64,000 nt of DNA from assembly GCA_945890715.1 (NCBI GenBank), contig CAMDCX010000003.1, positions 7,906 through 71,905 on the forward strand. Direction: 5' to 3'. The DNA comes from PVC group bacterium. Lineage in GTDB: Bacteria; Verrucomicrobiota; Kiritimatiellia; CAIKKV01; CAITUY01. The notes under the pieces are model-generated. The model was not told the origin of the DNA, searched no databases, and saw only the letters and a list, made by a program, of their open reading frames with translations. Position 1 is the first letter of the stretch. The number at the start of each line of letters is the position of its first letter. This document shows, in pieces, positions 63,294 to 64,000 of this stretch. The position numbers and the translations under genes were made by a program.

Positions 63294-64000
63294 CTATCGC
63301 GTTTTCTTCCTTGCACGAATCACCATCCACAACCATGCGCCCAGCAGCACACTCAATGTGGTGAGCGAAATGGTGAGTCCAATCCAAAGAACCCGTGGCG
63401 AGAATTTAACGGTAATCACGCCGCTACCGGCTTCAGGGATCACAATGCCCTTGAAAGCACCAAAGGCATGAATGATCGGGTATTGGCCAGCATTGGCCTC
63501 CCAGCCCGGATAGAAGCTTTCCGAAATGAAAATCACTCCCGGCGCCGTAGTCTGATAGGAAATCTGATACTGATCAGAATTAATAGGCGTGAAATGAATC
63601 TTGGCCTCCGCCCCAGCAGGCGGCGCAGACGTCGAAACCCCATATTTCACACACTCCTCACGCAAAACCCCAAGGGTTCGATAATAATCCAGTCGGCCTG
63701 CACCCAGTTCCTCATACAATCCCTTGGCATCCGCATACGCCCTGACATCATGATAGAACTTAGCGCGCGGCAAAGAATTGGTATACCGCATTAGCCCAAC
63801 TTGACGCGTCCTCGAGTCCAGATTGGCAATGACTCCCACATTCTGAATATCGAGCCGAATCCGTTCATTGGTGATGGCGTTGAAGGCACTCCAATCTTTA
63901 AGATCAAAAAGAATATACCCTTCCCACGCCTCATAGTCCGAGTGCAGATATCCTGTGTTGCGAGGAAAAATAACTTCCTCGGAAAGCTTTCCATCCCGCA
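63294..64000 (-). CDS. YfhO-like membrane protein (GT-C associated), C-terminal part; 5' end beyond the window
   Basis: Frame is open to the window edge; SESFYPGWEA, F.P..LWIGLTIS terminal TM. Confidence 0.7.
   Translation of the reverse strand, partial: RDGKLSEEVIFPRNTGYLHSDYEAWEGYILFDLKDWSAFNAITNERIRLDIQNVGVIANLDSRTRQVGLMRYTNSLPRAKFYHDVRAYADAKGLYEELGAGRLDYYRTLGVLREECVKYGVSTSAPPAGAEAKIHFTPINSDQYQISYQTTAPGVIFISESFYPGWEANAGQYPIIHAFGAFKGIVIPEAGSGVITVKFSPRVLWIGLTISLTTLSVLLGAWLWMVIRARKKTR

Overview
A 64-kb core-genome window from a bacterium that is probably in the PVC superphylum (Kiritimatiellia/Lentisphaeria/Verrucomicrobia-like). This placement is inferred from the RpoB insertion, the absence of rpmD from the spc cluster and the atypical EF-Tu. 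Most genes are on the minus strand. In minus-strand order: YfhO-like and polysaccharide-associated genes; (plus strand) msrBA and an NYN nuclease; mreBCD-mrdA-rodA-rng; the tRNA-Thr-tuf-rpmG-tRNA-Trp-secE-nusG-rplKAJL-rpoBC-str-S10-spc-alpha supercluster; a Nudix gene and an RfaH/UpxY-like NusG paralog; (plus strand) a XylR-like regulator and an HDAC-family gene; a 7-gene hexuronate operon; speA, an rlmN-like gene, aroA, cmk, hypotheticals, argH and an exbB/tolQ-like gene. The best candidate for a new system is the hexuronate operon (PPi-PFK homolog, HAD, gnd, LarA-type epimerase, uxaC, uxuB-type SDR, exuT). It lacks uxuA/kdgK/eda and any gluconate kinase, and its PFK homolog has a remodelled 6-phosphate pocket. 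This suggests a PPi-driven fructuronate -> 6-P-mannonate -> 6-P-gluconate route into the pentose phosphate pathway. Other highlights are a secreted non-ribosomal gene between rpsS and rplV, a str-operon EF-G with a degenerate domain IV tip, an EF-Tu with a rewired switch I, two starts with identical Shine-Dalgarno sites in msrBA, and nested or in-frame palindromic repeats near the right end. All calls come from reading the sequence by eye; no database searches were run.
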